Assembly (NCBI RefSeq): GCF_000143415.4
Contig: NW_003314269.1
Coordinates: forward strand, 2,487,544-2,551,543
Origin: Selaginella moellendorffii
Lineage: Eukaryota; Plantae; Lycopodiophyta
DNA length: 64,000 nt
Reading direction: 5' to 3'
This document shows, piece by piece, positions 11,828 to 24,800 of the stretch; the stretch's first letter is position 1; each line of letters begins with the position of its first letter. The notes beneath the pieces were generated by a model. The model saw nothing but the letters and a program-made list of their open reading frames with translations, searched no databases and was not told the DNA's origin. The translations under genes and the position numbers were made by a program.

Positions 11828-11879
11828 CGCTAGGCCTTTTGCGCTCAAGAACCCTAAATCTTAAATTTTTTTAGGGTTT
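11828..11879. promoter_or_regulatory. 52-bp bidirectional spacer with inverted telo-boxes
   Basis: AACCCTAAA (11850-11858) and TTTAGGGTT (11870-11878) lie between the divergent ATGs of RPC9 and LpxK. Confidence 0.7.
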
Positions 11880-13415
11880 ATGGTCATAGCAGCGCGGGAG
11901 AAGAAGCGATTGCGCGATGCGGTCGTGCGCATTGCCGCTGCCTCCGATGCGCGCAGCTTGCCGCTCCTGGAGCGCTGCATTTCTCCGCTACTGCGGGTGT
12001 CCAGCTCGGTGTACGCTGCAGTGGTGCGCGCCCGGCGAATGCTCTACGATGCAGGAATTTTTCGGGCAACGAGGTAATCGAATTGCTTTTGCTCCTAGTT
12101 TCGATAGAGAGCTTGCCCTTCCATCCAGACTGCCGGTGCCGGTTGTGAGCGTTGGAAATGTGACTTGGGGCGGAAATGGGAAGACACCCATGGCGGAATT
12201 TCTTGCATGGTGTTTCGTTTACGCTGGAATCAATCCAATTGTTCTCACAAGGGTAAGGGTACAGCCTTCTAGTTTCGTTTTTTCCAGCATTCATCTTGCT
12301 GGAACTGAGCAGGGGTATGGAGGCGGGGATGAAGCTCGAATGCTGGCGAAGCATTTTCAAGGCTCTCCCGTCAGGCTTGGAGTTGGAGCTGACAGGGTGA
12401 AATCCGCGCTTTCGATTCTGGAGCAGTGTGGCAAGCTGGACACGGCCAGAAGAAGATCGCTTGCCAAGTTGATCGACTTTGGAGGCAATCCACCGGCTTG
12501 GCCTAGAAACTCTGAGATTGGAGTTGCCATTCTTGATGATGGTATGCAGGTTTGTTTGCTTAAGTTCGCATAGACGAGGTCTCACTTTCCTTCTCTTCTT
12601 TTCTCCTTCTCTTTGGCATTTGACAGCATCTCAGGATAGCAAGGGACGTTGAGATTGTCATGGTGAATGCCGTGACACTGTTTGGAAACGAGAGGATGAT
12701 CCCTTGGGGTCCTCTGCGTGAACCTCTTGATTCTCTACGACGAGCCCAAGTTATCGTCGTTCACCACGCAAACCTTGTAAGCTCCAAACCTCGGTTCTTT
12801 CAGTAACGAGTACTTTTCTTTCAGGTCTCGACAGAAAGACTCGGAGCCATTGTATCCATCCTGGAAGGCCATTTGGATGGATCAAAGCCAGTTTTTGCCT
12901 TCTCCGAGATGGCTCCGCAACAGTTTTTCTGCCCGTCACAAGATCGATCGCTTGCATTGTCTTCTGTCGAGGGTGCCGTGGTTGTTTGCATCTCCGGTGT
13001 GGGATGCCCGGACTCCATGTCTCTCTGCCTCGTTCAGGTATCACTAGTTTACCTCGAATCCTTGGCGATGACAGAACTTCGTTTATGGATAGCTTGGAGC
13101 TTCGGAAGTTCACAGACTGGATTATAATGATCACCATATATTTGAAGCGGAGGTTTGCTGATTTTTTCTTAGTATTGTCTAACCATGTTCACTGATTTCG
13201 TGGCTAACTTCCAGGACATGGTGGCTATGGAGGATAAGATTTTAGAGCTGAAGAAAAGCACTCGCGAGGTCGTAGTTGCTGTAACATCTGAAAAGGATTA
13301 CTTGCGACACCCCCAATTGTGGAAGCGTCACGAAGTTTTGGTGCTGTGCTCGGCTCTTAAGGTGATAAATTCGCGAGATTTCATGGATTTGCTCGCGAAT
13401 ACCATGGCCAAGTAG
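11880..13415 (+). CDS. LpxK: Tetraacyldisaccharide 4'-kinase (lipid A pathway homologue), multi-exon
   Basis: LPVPVVSVGNVTWGGNGKTP, LTRGYGGGDEA, ILDDGMQH, GPLREP and VTSEKD motifs; short GT-AG introns (e.g. 12074-12128). Confidence 0.93.
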
Positions 13416-13583
13416 GAAAAATTCGATTTTTACATTGAGGATTTAATGTGAGCCGTGCGATTCATCCATTTGAAAAGATTCTCTTTTACTCGGAGGTTTA
13501 GGGCTTTTGGGCCCATGGCTAGGTCGGGCCGGGAAATGGAGGCTGGATGAATCGCGAGGTACGCAATGGCGGCTTGAGCGCTC

Positions 13584-15070
13584 ATGAATGCGGAGAGAAT
13601 GGTGATATGCCGCGAGCTGCTGCTAGCGAGACGGCTCCTCGGGCATAGTTTTAATAGTGCGCGATTCGGCTATAGCGGCTTGCGATTCCAATCGAGCGTA
13701 GTAGCGGCCGAGTGTAAGATTTCTTCGTCGGATGCGGCGGATAGCGCTAGAAAGACGCCTGGGGATTTTTTGCCGGAGGATGGCCGTGTAGGAGACCTGG
13801 TAGTGGGCGAGATTTTGAGGGAGGCCTCGCAGGAACAGAGAGAGATAAAAGAGAATGCTAGAAGTTCGTCGTCCAAGAAATATGGAGAAGTTTCTATAGA
13901 TCAGAAAGCTGTGGAGCAGGCTTTCGACTACTTTGTGGTGATCGATTTCGAGGCAACGTGCGACTCGACCGTGTTCTTCCCGCAGGAGATCATCGAGTTT
14001 CCTTCGGTCCTGGTCGCGGTGCATTCTTTATCAGTGGAGGATAGCTTCCAGACGTATGTCAAGCCCACATTCAATCCCCAGCTCACGGATTTTTGCAAGC
14101 GGCTTACCGGTATTGAGCAGACCCAGGTTTCGATGCATCACCCTTCATCTTTGCTCGTAGTTTAGTTCGCAGTTTGCTTGTAGTTTATTTCATCTTTGCT
14201 CGTATTTTAGTTCGTTTTGAGCGTAGTTTAGTTCGTTTTCCTCGTAGAATAGTTCGTTCGTTCGTTCGTTCGTTGGTAGTTTAGTTCGTTTCTTCGTGTA
14301 TTTTTTCTATCCGTGCTCACGCTATAGTTTTTTTCTTTCTTGTCCAGGTTGATAATGGAATGGCTTTGGCCGAGGCTTTGGTCAAGCATGACAAGTGGCT
14401 TGAAGATAAAGGCGTCAAGAGTAAGAGATTTGGGGTGATAACTTGGACGGACTGGGACTGCAAAGTCATGCTCGATTTTGAGTGCCGGTTGAAGGGTCTG
14501 ACGAAGCCATCCTACTTCAACAAGTATGACGCCAGTGCTTGGATCTTTCCTTTCCTGAGCTTACTTTTTACTCTTTGCAGGTGGATAAATCTCAAGTCTT
14601 GTTTCCAGGAGAAGTTTGGCGACAAGTTCAACTTGAAAAAGGCTGTGCAGCATGCCGGGCTGCAATGGCAAGGGCGAGAGCACTGTGGTCTCGATGACGC
14701 GAAGAACACCGCCTCGCTTGCAATGGAACTCGTGAAACGCGGGATGCAGATCGGGTTCACCCAGCATCAGAGCTCCCGGAAGCCAGCCATCACGAATATC
14801 AGCTCGGAGTTCATGCCAAAGCTGAAGAAAATCCTCGAGGCTCTTCCACGCAGCAGTGACATCGACGAGACGAGCATCACCGTCGGCGCAGATAACCTTT
14901 GCTACTGCGGGGTAAAGTGCAAGACGAGACTTGTGAGAAAGGCCGGGCCGAACCAAGGCAAGTTCTTCCTGTCCTGCGGCAACTGGACGCTCACCGAGGG
15001 TGGCAAATGCACGTACTTCGAATGGATGAATCCTCCGGAGCAACACTCGCCATCACCCGCAAAGTCATGA
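13584..15070 (+). CDS. DEDDh 3'-5' exoribonuclease, ERI1/ERI2-like, with C-terminal GRF-type zinc finger, 3 exons
   Basis: VIDFEATC, EIIEFPSV, LTGI.Q..VD, TWTDWD and HCGLDDAKNTA motifs; CYCG...GPNQGKFFLSCGNW...CTYFEW zinc finger. Confidence 0.92.
14148..14300. repeat. Degenerate GTAGTTTAGTTCGT / (TTCG)n repeats in exonuclease intron 1
   Basis: Repeated TTTAGTTCG units and a TTCG run enlarge this intron to about 220 bp. Confidence 0.7.
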
Positions 15071-15362
15071 CATCAACATGGTATGTCCGTCTCAACTTTC
15101 ATGTTTCACTTTAGATCAAACTTCCTTCTCCAGGATCTCGCAAAGTTCACAACCAAATGGTATGAGTATAAACATTTAGAAGTTTTCTGTACAAGTTCAC
15201 TTGGAACTTTCTTTCCAGGATCCCGTGAAGCAGGAAAACAGAAGGAAACCAAATGGGGTATGTCACAACCTTCAAAGATTCACAAGTTTTTTCTCATTCC
15301 TTCAAACCCACCTATCCTGTATCTAACTTTTTTTTCGTTACTTTGGCGAAACTCTATATATC

Positions 15363-16340
15363 TTAGAATCCCGTGGAGCACTGCTTGAGCCCGGGGCTCC
15401 ACACAGCCGGCAGCAAAAACTTCCTGCCATCCAAACCTTGCGCATTGTAGCTACTCCCGCTGGTTTTATCGACGAGCAACTCTCCAGGATACCCGGGGTA
15501 CGACCCCGTACCGAAGATTCCCGTACACGCCGTACCGGACTCTAACGGGACGCTAGCGTCACCCTGGTAGTAACCATCGCCGAATGGATTGGTGGCGGCG
15601 CCGGCCAGCATGAGCGCCAGGTTGATCACCATGCCGTCCATGCCCACGTCAGCATTTGGCGGGACGAGTGGCTGGCTATCTCGGGGTCCGTACTGGGGTA
15701 GCGCGAATGGCCAGGCGCACATCCCCGGGCACTGGGTGGCCGAATTGCCCACCCAGGCGTACGGAAGCCGGGGTCCTCGCGTGGCCAATGAGCCGTTCAG
15801 GTAGGAGTGGGTGGCGCAGCTGTCCATGCAGAAGCGCTCTACCGCCACGTCGGCGGCGGTGAGGAGGACGTAGAGGGATTTCTGGTGAGCTGGCAGCTTG
15901 GCACTGGCCAGCGCGGTGGCGATTACGCGCGGAATGTCGCTGCGGTGGAGGCTCTTCCCCAGCGGAATGCCCACCGAGATCTGACCGCCCAGGCGCACCG
16001 AGGATTTGACGCGGTCGGATGCGGCGTCCGTGTAGGTGGAGATTATTTTCCAGAATCCGTACGTGGACGGCGAGGCCGTGTTGGATGCGTTGAAGGAGTG
16101 GAGGAAGTCGACGATGATGGATTGCTGGGCAGGCGTGAAATCGCCGTACCAGACGAGGAAGACCATGAGGCAGCCGCGGCCGGTGAGCAATCGCCCGCCG
16201 TGGTAATCGAGGACGAGCGGCGCGGTCGGGACGAGCTCCTGGAGCTGGCGAGCTGCGCGGCGATCGATCGAGGGGGCGGCGCCGGCGCTGGCCGCGATCG
16301 CCAGTAGCAGCAGGAGCGCGAGCTTTGCGACGATCGGCAT
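15363..16340 (-). CDS. EXORDIUM / PHI-1 family secreted protein
   Basis: Signal peptide; LDYHGGRLL, WYGDF, FCMDSC, WVGNSATQCPGMCAWPF, PPNADVGMDGMVINLA and GYPGELL motifs. Confidence 0.95.
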   Translation of the reverse strand: MPIVAKLALLLLLAIAASAGAAPSIDRRAARQLQELVPTAPLVLDYHGGRLLTGRGCLMVFLVWYGDFTPAQQSIIVDFLHSFNASNTASPSTYGFWKIISTYTDAASDRVKSSVRLGGQISVGIPLGKSLHRSDIPRVIATALASAKLPAHQKSLYVLLTAADVAVERFCMDSCATHSYLNGSLATRGPRLPYAWVGNSATQCPGMCAWPFALPQYGPRDSQPLVPPNADVGMDGMVINLALMLAGAATNPFGDGYYQGDASVPLESGTACTGIFGTGSYPGYPGELLVDKTSGSSYNAQGLDGRKFLLPAVWSPGLKQCSTGF

Positions 16341-17057
16341 ATCCGTGGCAGGAGAAATCGATAGAATTCAAGTATTTCTTGCCAGAAGATCGATTGGAAT
16401 CCCTGGACAGAAGGGAGAGAGAGAGAGAGGAAATGTAGGAATTAAACAAACAACGAGCGAGCTCGTCTTCCCTGCAGCGATTTATATACCTCGAGACAAA
16501 GCGCCACGCCACGAATGTAGCTAAGCTAATGGCGCTTTGTCGCGCAGTGGAGCAAAGAGGAGGAGGAGGAGTGGTGCGTCGGCGCCAGCCATAGCTTAGC
16601 TTCCATCACACGCCCAGGAGCCCTAAAAGTAAGTTCCTGGCATTCGAATTTCTCGGGGAGGCCAATGGATGTCTGACACCTGTTCTGGCGCCATGGTGAA
16701 TGCCACAGTAGGAAAACTGTAGCGTCGAGATGGAGGCCAGTTGTCACGGGGGACACGTAGAGCGCGATCGGGCCGCCCGTTACCCTGCGCGTGGTTTTTC
16801 AATGATTGCTCTCGGCGAGCTTATCGACACCAGCTGTCAGGCGGATCGCTGACGTGGAATGGGGAATATCCTTGCATTCAAAGTTCAAAATTTTAAAAAC
16901 CTTTTTGCCGGGAAAGAAGTAATTCTAGCGATTGACTGATTCGAGAAGCGAACGTCATCAAATTCGATTCGATCGAGAATAAAAGTTGGCTTGCCAAATT
17001 TTCCTGGTCATGGATGATTCGAGTGACAATGATTGATCCATTGGTTTGGGATCAGCC

Positions 17058-18730
17058 AGCTCCCGTGAGCCCGAAACTTCATGGTTTTCTGATCTCATCG
17101 GATCAGAAGAGGACAGCATTTGTTTGTTAGGTGCATCGTCCGATTCGTCGTTTCTCTGGGTGGTCCAATCTCGTCGCCCGAAAGTGTCCTGGGATATTGC
17201 CTGAAGACCTTCGCCTCGAACTCGTTTCATTGGCAAAGGGAGGTCTAACTACGGAATTCGTTTTCTATTGATCCCTCCACTTTTGCTTGACACTCACTTG
17301 ACACCAGCCGTACTAAATTGGTCCGATTGACGAGGGAGGATGGGTCCGGACTTTGTGGCTTGGATTCGACACTAGTGTCATTCAATCAAGTCAGCTCCAC
17401 TCAATCATTCAAGCCCGTGTAGCATGGCTCATTCGTAGAAGGACACATCAGCTTTGTGCAAGTCCTTGTTGTTGGAGTGTCAATTTCCGTACTGGATTGG
17501 TTCTTCTTCTTTTGGTAGTGTTAGTGCCTGCTGCGGTGCGAGTTGATGTTTTCACCCTCAAAGGGTGTCCTATGAAACTCTAGGATGATAAAATTCTACA
17601 TAGTGCTCTGGAAATCATTCCTGGAATCACATGATTCAACGTCAACTTTCGGGCAGCTTGTGAAGCTGGCATTTGGTTTAGGATCACGAGGAACAGCCAA
17701 TCAGCAAGTTTGCTGCTCTTGAATCATGGTATTGTTCTGTCTGTGCAACCCACTTGTGGAGATGACGCCAGGACCAAGTTCAATGGTAAGAAGAAGATTG
17801 ATAGCGTACTGAGGTTCATGGCTCGTGCAAACCCTGCTGGCATGGCCAGTCGTGTGCGTTGAGCCGGGGAACTGTCTAAACAGCTTATCATGGCAGGCTT
17901 CCAGCAGATATCGGACGACAGTGACGACATCAATGTCCATTATCCAGTAAGTGCCATGAAAAGTGGTGCAAGCTGTACCTGTGTCAAGTTCCTTAGTGTG
18001 GGGATTCAGCGTTGTTCCTCTTCCTTTGTAACTCCTATGAATCTTGCTATAAGAATCTTGATTGTAGAGTGGAAGAAGTTGCATGATAAAACCTTTAAGA
18101 TTATAGATTGACCCTAGATTGGCTTCTTGATGCAACGGATGGCATACTTGTGATGTAATTTACAGGGTTGATCTCAAGGTGATCTCTGGCATTGCAAGGG
18201 TTCTATAAGCTGGAAGCTGTTGAAAAAGAGTCGGCGATCTCAAATTGCTTATTCACTTTAGGAGCTCGTGCTCAAAGGTTGATGCTTTGGGATTTGGTCA
18301 AGAATGAGAGCCGTTTCTTTGTTAGGTGCGTCGCACCGTTCGTCGTTTCCATGGTGGTCCGGGATATTGCCTGAAGATCTCAAGTATTTTAATGACTTTG
18401 CCGTACTATAACTCGTTTCATTGCAGAGGTGTTTTTCTATTGTTTCACATGCCGTACTCACTCAATGAAAGTCGTGAATCATTCAAGTCCCTGTAGCTCT
18501 GCTTCTTCATGGAATGAACCCATCAATTCCTTTCTTGTTGGAGTGTCAATTTCCGTACATGGTGGATCCACCTCGAAATAGTACTTCGGCCAATTTTCTC
18601 AAAGTGCCCCTGGAAAATATTCCAGGAATTCACATGATTTAACATCAGCTTTCTGGCAACTTGGTAGGCTGGCACTTTGTTGGTGTGTCAATTGTGTTTA
18701 CGCTCACGAGGGATGCATGCAGCAGCCAAT
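17058..18730 (+). repeat. Degenerate direct repeat pair (~17058-17700 and ~18263-18730)
   Basis: Collinear shared blocks: TTGTTAGGTGC, GGGATATTGCCTGAAGA, AACTCGTTTCATTG, GTTGGAGTGTCAATTTCCGTAC, CACATGATT..AC, TCACGAGG...CAGCCAAT. Confidence 0.75.
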
Positions 18731-19766
18731 GGGGTGGTACCAGCACTGGCTCTTCTGAGGGTCTTGATTCTCAATATTTATGGGCTTCTATAAGAGAAAA
18801 GAGGCAAAATATCTTTACCAAGATCTTGTAGACCGCGCAATACTGCTTTCCTGCTAATGCCGGTTGGTGTGGGGTTTTGGCAAGAAAATACTATCCATTA
18901 TCCATGGAATGCACCGTTGACTTCTTCGGACAGTGCTTTGACCATAACTTTCTTCTGCTTGGTGTGAGCGAGATCACAAAATCCTTGAACACGGCTATGG
19001 GCTGGTGTTTCTTTGTCGCTTTCCCAATTTCCTTTTTAACACTTGTGCACAGCGCCCTGTGTGTTCTTTGCTGGAATCACGCAATAATGTAATGCGAGGT
19101 GGGCATTGGGAATCACAGACAAAGGCAGTGATCGATCCGATCAGCAAAGCAAAGCCAATCTTATTCGACTGATTGCGAGCAATTGTTTGGAAGGCAGCTC
19201 TCTTTCTATATGTTAGATCCGTGGTGCTGAAATACCACCCGAAATGTTTCAAACTGTGTCGGTATAGATGTGACGAGGGGACCAGATCACCTTTAGATAG
19301 TAATCCCCTCCAAAGAAGCTTAGAAAACACAAAGCTTTCTTCTGGAAGGATGGTGCTGGTGGTCCTCATCTCTGCTTGACAAACAGTTCCAACTTGTTTT
19401 GAGAAACCCAAAGTAGAAAAAACTATGGATCTGGCCCAGAGCTTTGCTGGGTGTCCAAGCAACAACAGAGATGCCGTCTTCGAGTAATGCACTACTACTA
19501 TACTACATTGGGAACTGGACACTGCGAGAATAAAAGAACAGCACCACATTCTTTTCGTTTTTATTGCCTTTGGTATTAGAAGATACTTTCCTCCCTGGTG
19601 TCACTCTTTCCACTTTTTTCTTTCTCCGCGATTTGTACATTCTAAACATGTTATGAGCGATCCTCTCTCTCAAGTTTCGTGTAAGATCTATAGCTGATCT
19701 ATAGCTGAAGAAAGTTTCTTAGATATGGAACCTGCGTAGATTGATGGATGGAGCTCGAGGTTCTCG

Positions 19767-20759
19767 TCACGAGGAAGGATAAGCGCAGGAGAGAGTGGAA
19801 GGATTCCACAGCGCGGGCAGCAAGAAATGCCTGGCATTGCTGCCCCGCGCGTTGTAGCTGGCCCCGGTGCCTGCATCGCTCAGGAGCTGGCCGGGGTAGC
19901 CGGAATATGCCCCCTGCCCGAAGATTCCCGGGCAGGCGGTGACGGCCTCGAGGGGCGCGGTTGACGGGCCCTGGAAGTAGCCCGTCCCAAACGGGTTGGA
20001 GGTGGCACCCGCGACCATGGCCGCGATGTTGATCACCATGCCGTCCACCCCGACTCCATTGGGCGCCACCAGAGCCTTCGTGTCGGGTCCTCCAAAATCC
20101 TTGGGATTGGCATACGGCCACGCGCATTTGCCCGGGCAGCGCGAGGACGAGTCGCCAATCCACGCGTAGGCGATGCTCTTGCCGCTGGCGGCCTTGAGAA
20201 CTCGATGCGATGCGCACGACTGGACGCAGAATCCCTCCACGTCGATGCCCGCCGCGGTGAGGACGAGGTAGAGCGCCTTTGGATCGGTCGGGAAGGCCGC
20301 GGATTCCAGCGACTTGGAGAGGAGTGACTCGAGATCGGCGGGCTTGAGGCTCCGGCCCAGCGATGCGGCCGCGTCGTCGGTGTGTCCCGCGTAGCGCAGC
20401 GATGGGAAGATCGAGGCGCCGGAGGCGTCCTTGTAGCCGGAGGTGATCTTCCACCAGCTGCTCACGGTGGTGGCGGGGTCCTGGAAGGAGGCGAAGAAGT
20501 CGGCGATGGCGGACTTGTGCGAGTCCTGGAAGTCGCCATACCAGATTGCGTAGACGTTGAGCGATCCAGCGCCGGAGAGGAGCTCGCCGTTGTGGTAGTC
20601 GAGCACCAGCGGCGGATCCTTGACGAGCGCGCTCAGGTGGCGGCGATTGGCGATGCCGCGAGAGGCCGCGCAGGGATTGACGAGAATCGCGAACGCGGAG
20701 AAACAGAGCAGTAGCGAGATCAAGAGCATTGGGCGATCGAGCAATCGCAGGGCAGCCAT
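19767..20759 (-). CDS. EXORDIUM / PHI-1 family secreted protein (paralogue)
   Basis: Signal peptide; LDYHNGELL, WYGDF, CPGKCAWPY, APNGVGVDGMVINIA, APLEAVTACPGIFG and FLLPALWNP motifs. Confidence 0.95.
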   Translation of the reverse strand: MAALRLLDRPMLLISLLLCFSAFAILVNPCAASRGIANRRHLSALVKDPPLVLDYHNGELLSGAGSLNVYAIWYGDFQDSHKSAIADFFASFQDPATTVSSWWKITSGYKDASGASIFPSLRYAGHTDDAAASLGRSLKPADLESLLSKSLESAAFPTDPKALYLVLTAAGIDVEGFCVQSCASHRVLKAASGKSIAYAWIGDSSSRCPGKCAWPYANPKDFGGPDTKALVAPNGVGVDGMVINIAAMVAGATSNPFGTGYFQGPSTAPLEAVTACPGIFGQGAYSGYPGQLLSDAGTGASYNARGSNARHFLLPALWNPSTLSCAYPSS

Positions 20760-21829
20760 GCTAGAGGAATGCTAGAGGAATTTCTTTCCCTCCTCGATCT
20801 TCTCCTGGTGGAGTGGTCTGATTGATCGGAAGGATGGAGAAATCTCGAGAAACCTCTGGGGTTTTAGAAGAGGAGAGGGAAAGTGAGGAAGAAGAGGAAG
20901 GTGGTGTTTATATACTTGTGACATGGATGATGACTGACTGGCGGTGAGCTGGCCGGGCCGGGCTGGCAGCATTGACGGGCGGGACGGGCGGGCTGACGGG
21001 CGCGCGAACGGACGGGCGCGGGAGGAGAAGCCAAACCGGACGGACGGACAGGATTGAGTGGAGCAAAGCGTGCCACGGCTGCTCCTCGGGCCACGCGTCA
21101 GGCGATAGCGCCGCCGGATGAAGGAAGGTGGTGGGAAGGAAAAGTATGGAGCTTGATGAGAAAATATTTATTAGTAGTGGGGCTCTCGCTTAACGCTAGC
21201 TGTGTTGATAGCTATTAGCTGCGACATTGATTGGGATTTGATTGATGTACAGGGTATGATCGTCGTCGGCCAGGGAGGAACACCAAGAACAAAACGCTCG
21301 AAACTTCAACGTCCAAATTCTCGAGGAAATATATTAATCGTATTGGTGAATGATGGCGATGGTTAATCCATTCTTCCTCTCTCGTAGAACGAATGAATGA
21401 TTGTTTACTAGAGACAATACAATGGTAGGATGGCGAACAAGTTTGCGAAGAACAGCAAGCAAACAAACCGGTAAAAGTCCCAATTTTGTAGGCGTGATTT
21501 CTGACACTAAAATCGTCTGCCTGTGTGACACGCTTTTTATTCCTCGCTTCGAATCATGCACAGTACACAAACAGCGGGCGGAGCTACCGTGCAAGCGCAG
21601 AAGCTTTTCTCTCGCTCGTCCCACGCCCGCAAAAAGAACTTATTACGTGATCGAAGTGGTTTCCTCCACAGTCGTTAGTATACACTCGAAAAAGTGAAGA
21701 AAACCAAAACAGAGAGAACCTGGCTTTCGTCGGTTGTTCGTCGTGGAAAAGAAGAGAAGTTCCCCCTCCAGTCCATTCCCTGGCAACTTTGTTTGGTGGC
21801 TGCTGCTACGAGATTTCTTGCTGCTCGGG

Positions 21830-24800
21830 CTAGCAATTGAGGCCGCATTGTTGCAAGTTGGGACCTCGAACCTTGGGCAGGAAAGGATCGATCCGGACCC
21901 AGAGGAGCGAGAAGATGGAGGCGAGCAGGATGGACCAAACGATGACGATGGTCGGGGTGCGGTTCTGGCGTCCCATGAGACCCTTGAGGAACGGGTATAG
22001 ATGTACGATGACCCAGAAGGCGAAGAAGATCTTGCCGAAGAGCGGACCCCATGACTGGTAGCCGTTGTTGATTGCGTCCGACAAGCCCGCCACCACGCCA
22101 ACCATGTTGATCACGAGCAGCGTCGTCGGGGGGATGAGAAGAGTCGTCCACTTGAAGGTGTAGAGCTCGGCAAAGTCTTCGTCCTCTGCGGCTTTGGTCG
22201 TGACCGTAAAGTTGGTGTCTATGCCCGCCAAAACCTTGAGCAGCCCCTGGAAGACGGCGAACAAGTGGGACGAGACGCCTCCAATAACCCAGAACTGTTC
22301 GTTTCGCCACCACTCGTCAATGCCGACCCCACTCCACCGAATCTCCAGGATACCAGTCGCGAAGATGGAGACAAAGAGAGAGATGAACCAAAGGCTGGCA
22401 AAGTTGCTTATCTGCACGTAAAAGCCAAGCACTTGAGACACATGAGAAAGGAGTGAAAGAGACGAATCTTACCGTCGGAATGATGAACTTGTTTGTGAGC
22501 AAGCAAATCGCCGGTAGAGTGCAATATGCCACCAAAGGTATGGACGTAAGGGGGTAGACTATTGTATTGATGTATGCCACCCGTTGTAGAAGTTTCAAGC
22601 CTCCACCATAGCCGTACCAGATAGGACAATGCCGACTGAGCATAATCTCCACTGACCCGAGAGCCCACCGCAGGACCTGGTGCAGCCGGTCGGACAGGTT
22701 GATTGGAGCAGATCCTTTAAAAGCTGGTCGAGCTGGCATGCAATAGATCGATTTCCAACCGCGAGCGTGCATTTTGAAGCCTGTTAGAATATCCTCCGTA
22801 ACAGATCCATATATCCAGCCAATCTGAAAGGCAAAAAGGAAATCAGGGCTGTAGAGCCATTTAAAACACGAGAAACTCACCTCTTTCCCCCAGTCAGTTT
22901 TATCTTCGTATCCGCAGCTGATAACATGTATGGCCTCTTTTAAAAGTGAAGCTGGTGTTGCACTTTCAGGAACTCCTCCATTTTCCAGAAACGTTGAGGC
23001 GACAAATACTGGAGACTGGCCGAATCTTTTTTCAAAGTTCTTTTGAGACATCAACGATGATTTTTCATGGTTGTCATAACCTGTGACCACATGTTAACAG
23101 CGAAGTAGATAAATAAAATCAAATGCATACCTTCCAAGCCTTCCTCTATTCCCTCGAGACTGAATATCGGTATACTTGATTCGCTTCTGTTGGTTTTCTT
23201 GTCTGATTGTTTCGTTTTAGAGCCCTTTGATTTTTTGCGGGGACCACAACAGCCTCCTTTACCCTTTGCGTTCTGCTTGGGCGGCGGATCGTATCCATAA
23301 AGTGCTTGCCTCCTGAACATGCATCCCGTACCGACGTATACAGGCCCTTGAACTCCATCCAGACCTCTCAAGTTGATCTGCAATCGCATGAATAATCTTA
23401 GAAAACAAAAAGAGATGAACATTAACTACTGCTTACGTCGAAAAACACAGTATTGTGATTGGCGTATCGATCGTTCTTGTCAATGCCGTCGAACCTTTGA
23501 GGAAACTGAACGTAACAAACTCGTTTTCCTACAGTAGGATCCATCATGAAGCACATTCCTTCCCGCAATGCCTTGCTGTTGTTGATATAATGATCACAGT
23601 CAAGGTTCAGAAGGTAGGGAGCGTTTGTGAGGACAGCGGATACACGAACCTACACCAAGCCGGGTCAAAATTATCAATAAACACAACGAACAGACATACC
23701 AAAGAGTTCATAGCACCCGCTTTTTTGTGATGCTGAAACCCGGGCCTCTTTTCACGAGAAACATAGACGAGACGAGGCAATTCATTGCCTTCTGTGTCGT
23801 GGCCTCCACTATGCCCCAAGAAAACCTGCCATTTCGATATCAGTTTTAATCCTTTAATTCACAAGCTATACCTGTATCATTCCAGGGTGATCACGAATAT
23901 TGTTTCCTGGCCAAGGCGTTCCGTCTTGCATTGTCCACCCCTCTTCTGGTATCTTCTGTGCTTTGGCCACCAAGGCATTCATCCGCACCTTGAATTCTTC
24001 GTATTCTCTCTGGTAGACCATATCGTGAGTTATTCCAAAAAAAATATGCGCTGGTAGATTACCTTCATAGCTCTCCGCTCTTTCACGAATGAAGGCTGAA
24101 CTTTGTCCTTGAGGTAGTCAATTTTTTGAGCAAAGTACATCTCTGGTGCACGAGGCTCGATACTGAATTTCTTGCAAAACGGTACCCACTTTCGTGCAAA
24201 TTCCGAAGTTTCAGATAATGCTTCGAAGGTGAGCATGGCAGCACCATCGTCAGAGACGAAGCAGGAGACTTTGTCCACGGGATAGTCAACGGCGAGTATG
24301 GACAAAACAGTGTTCGCTGTAACAATTGGTGGTTCTTTCATGGGATCCACTGTACTGACAAAAATGTCCACGGCACAAAGTTGAGACACCTCGCCTTCTC
24401 TATCATATCTGTAAGAAAAGAAAGATGACATCACAAGCATAAAAAAACAGTACCAGCGCAAGTCTGGTATATAGTTTTACCGCAGCGCAAGCCTATCAAG
24501 GTATGTCTCTCGATTGATAGGCAACCACTTGGGAAACTGGTCGAGAATCCATGAGATGGCAAACCAGACCTCGCAAATAATGGAGGTAAGCCATAGGCCA
24601 TACGCATTCTTTACGGGGTTCAAGATTCGATAACGTAGAAAAAATGCCAGAACCACAAGACGGACAACAATAATCATCCGGTAAGGATTGATCTTACTGG
24701 AAGCAATCGGAATTTTTCTCGAGAGAGGCTGCCTGGACTCGTCCATTCTGCATGTAAGTACACGAGCACGTCAAAGAAACGCATCTAGGAAAGAAGCTCT

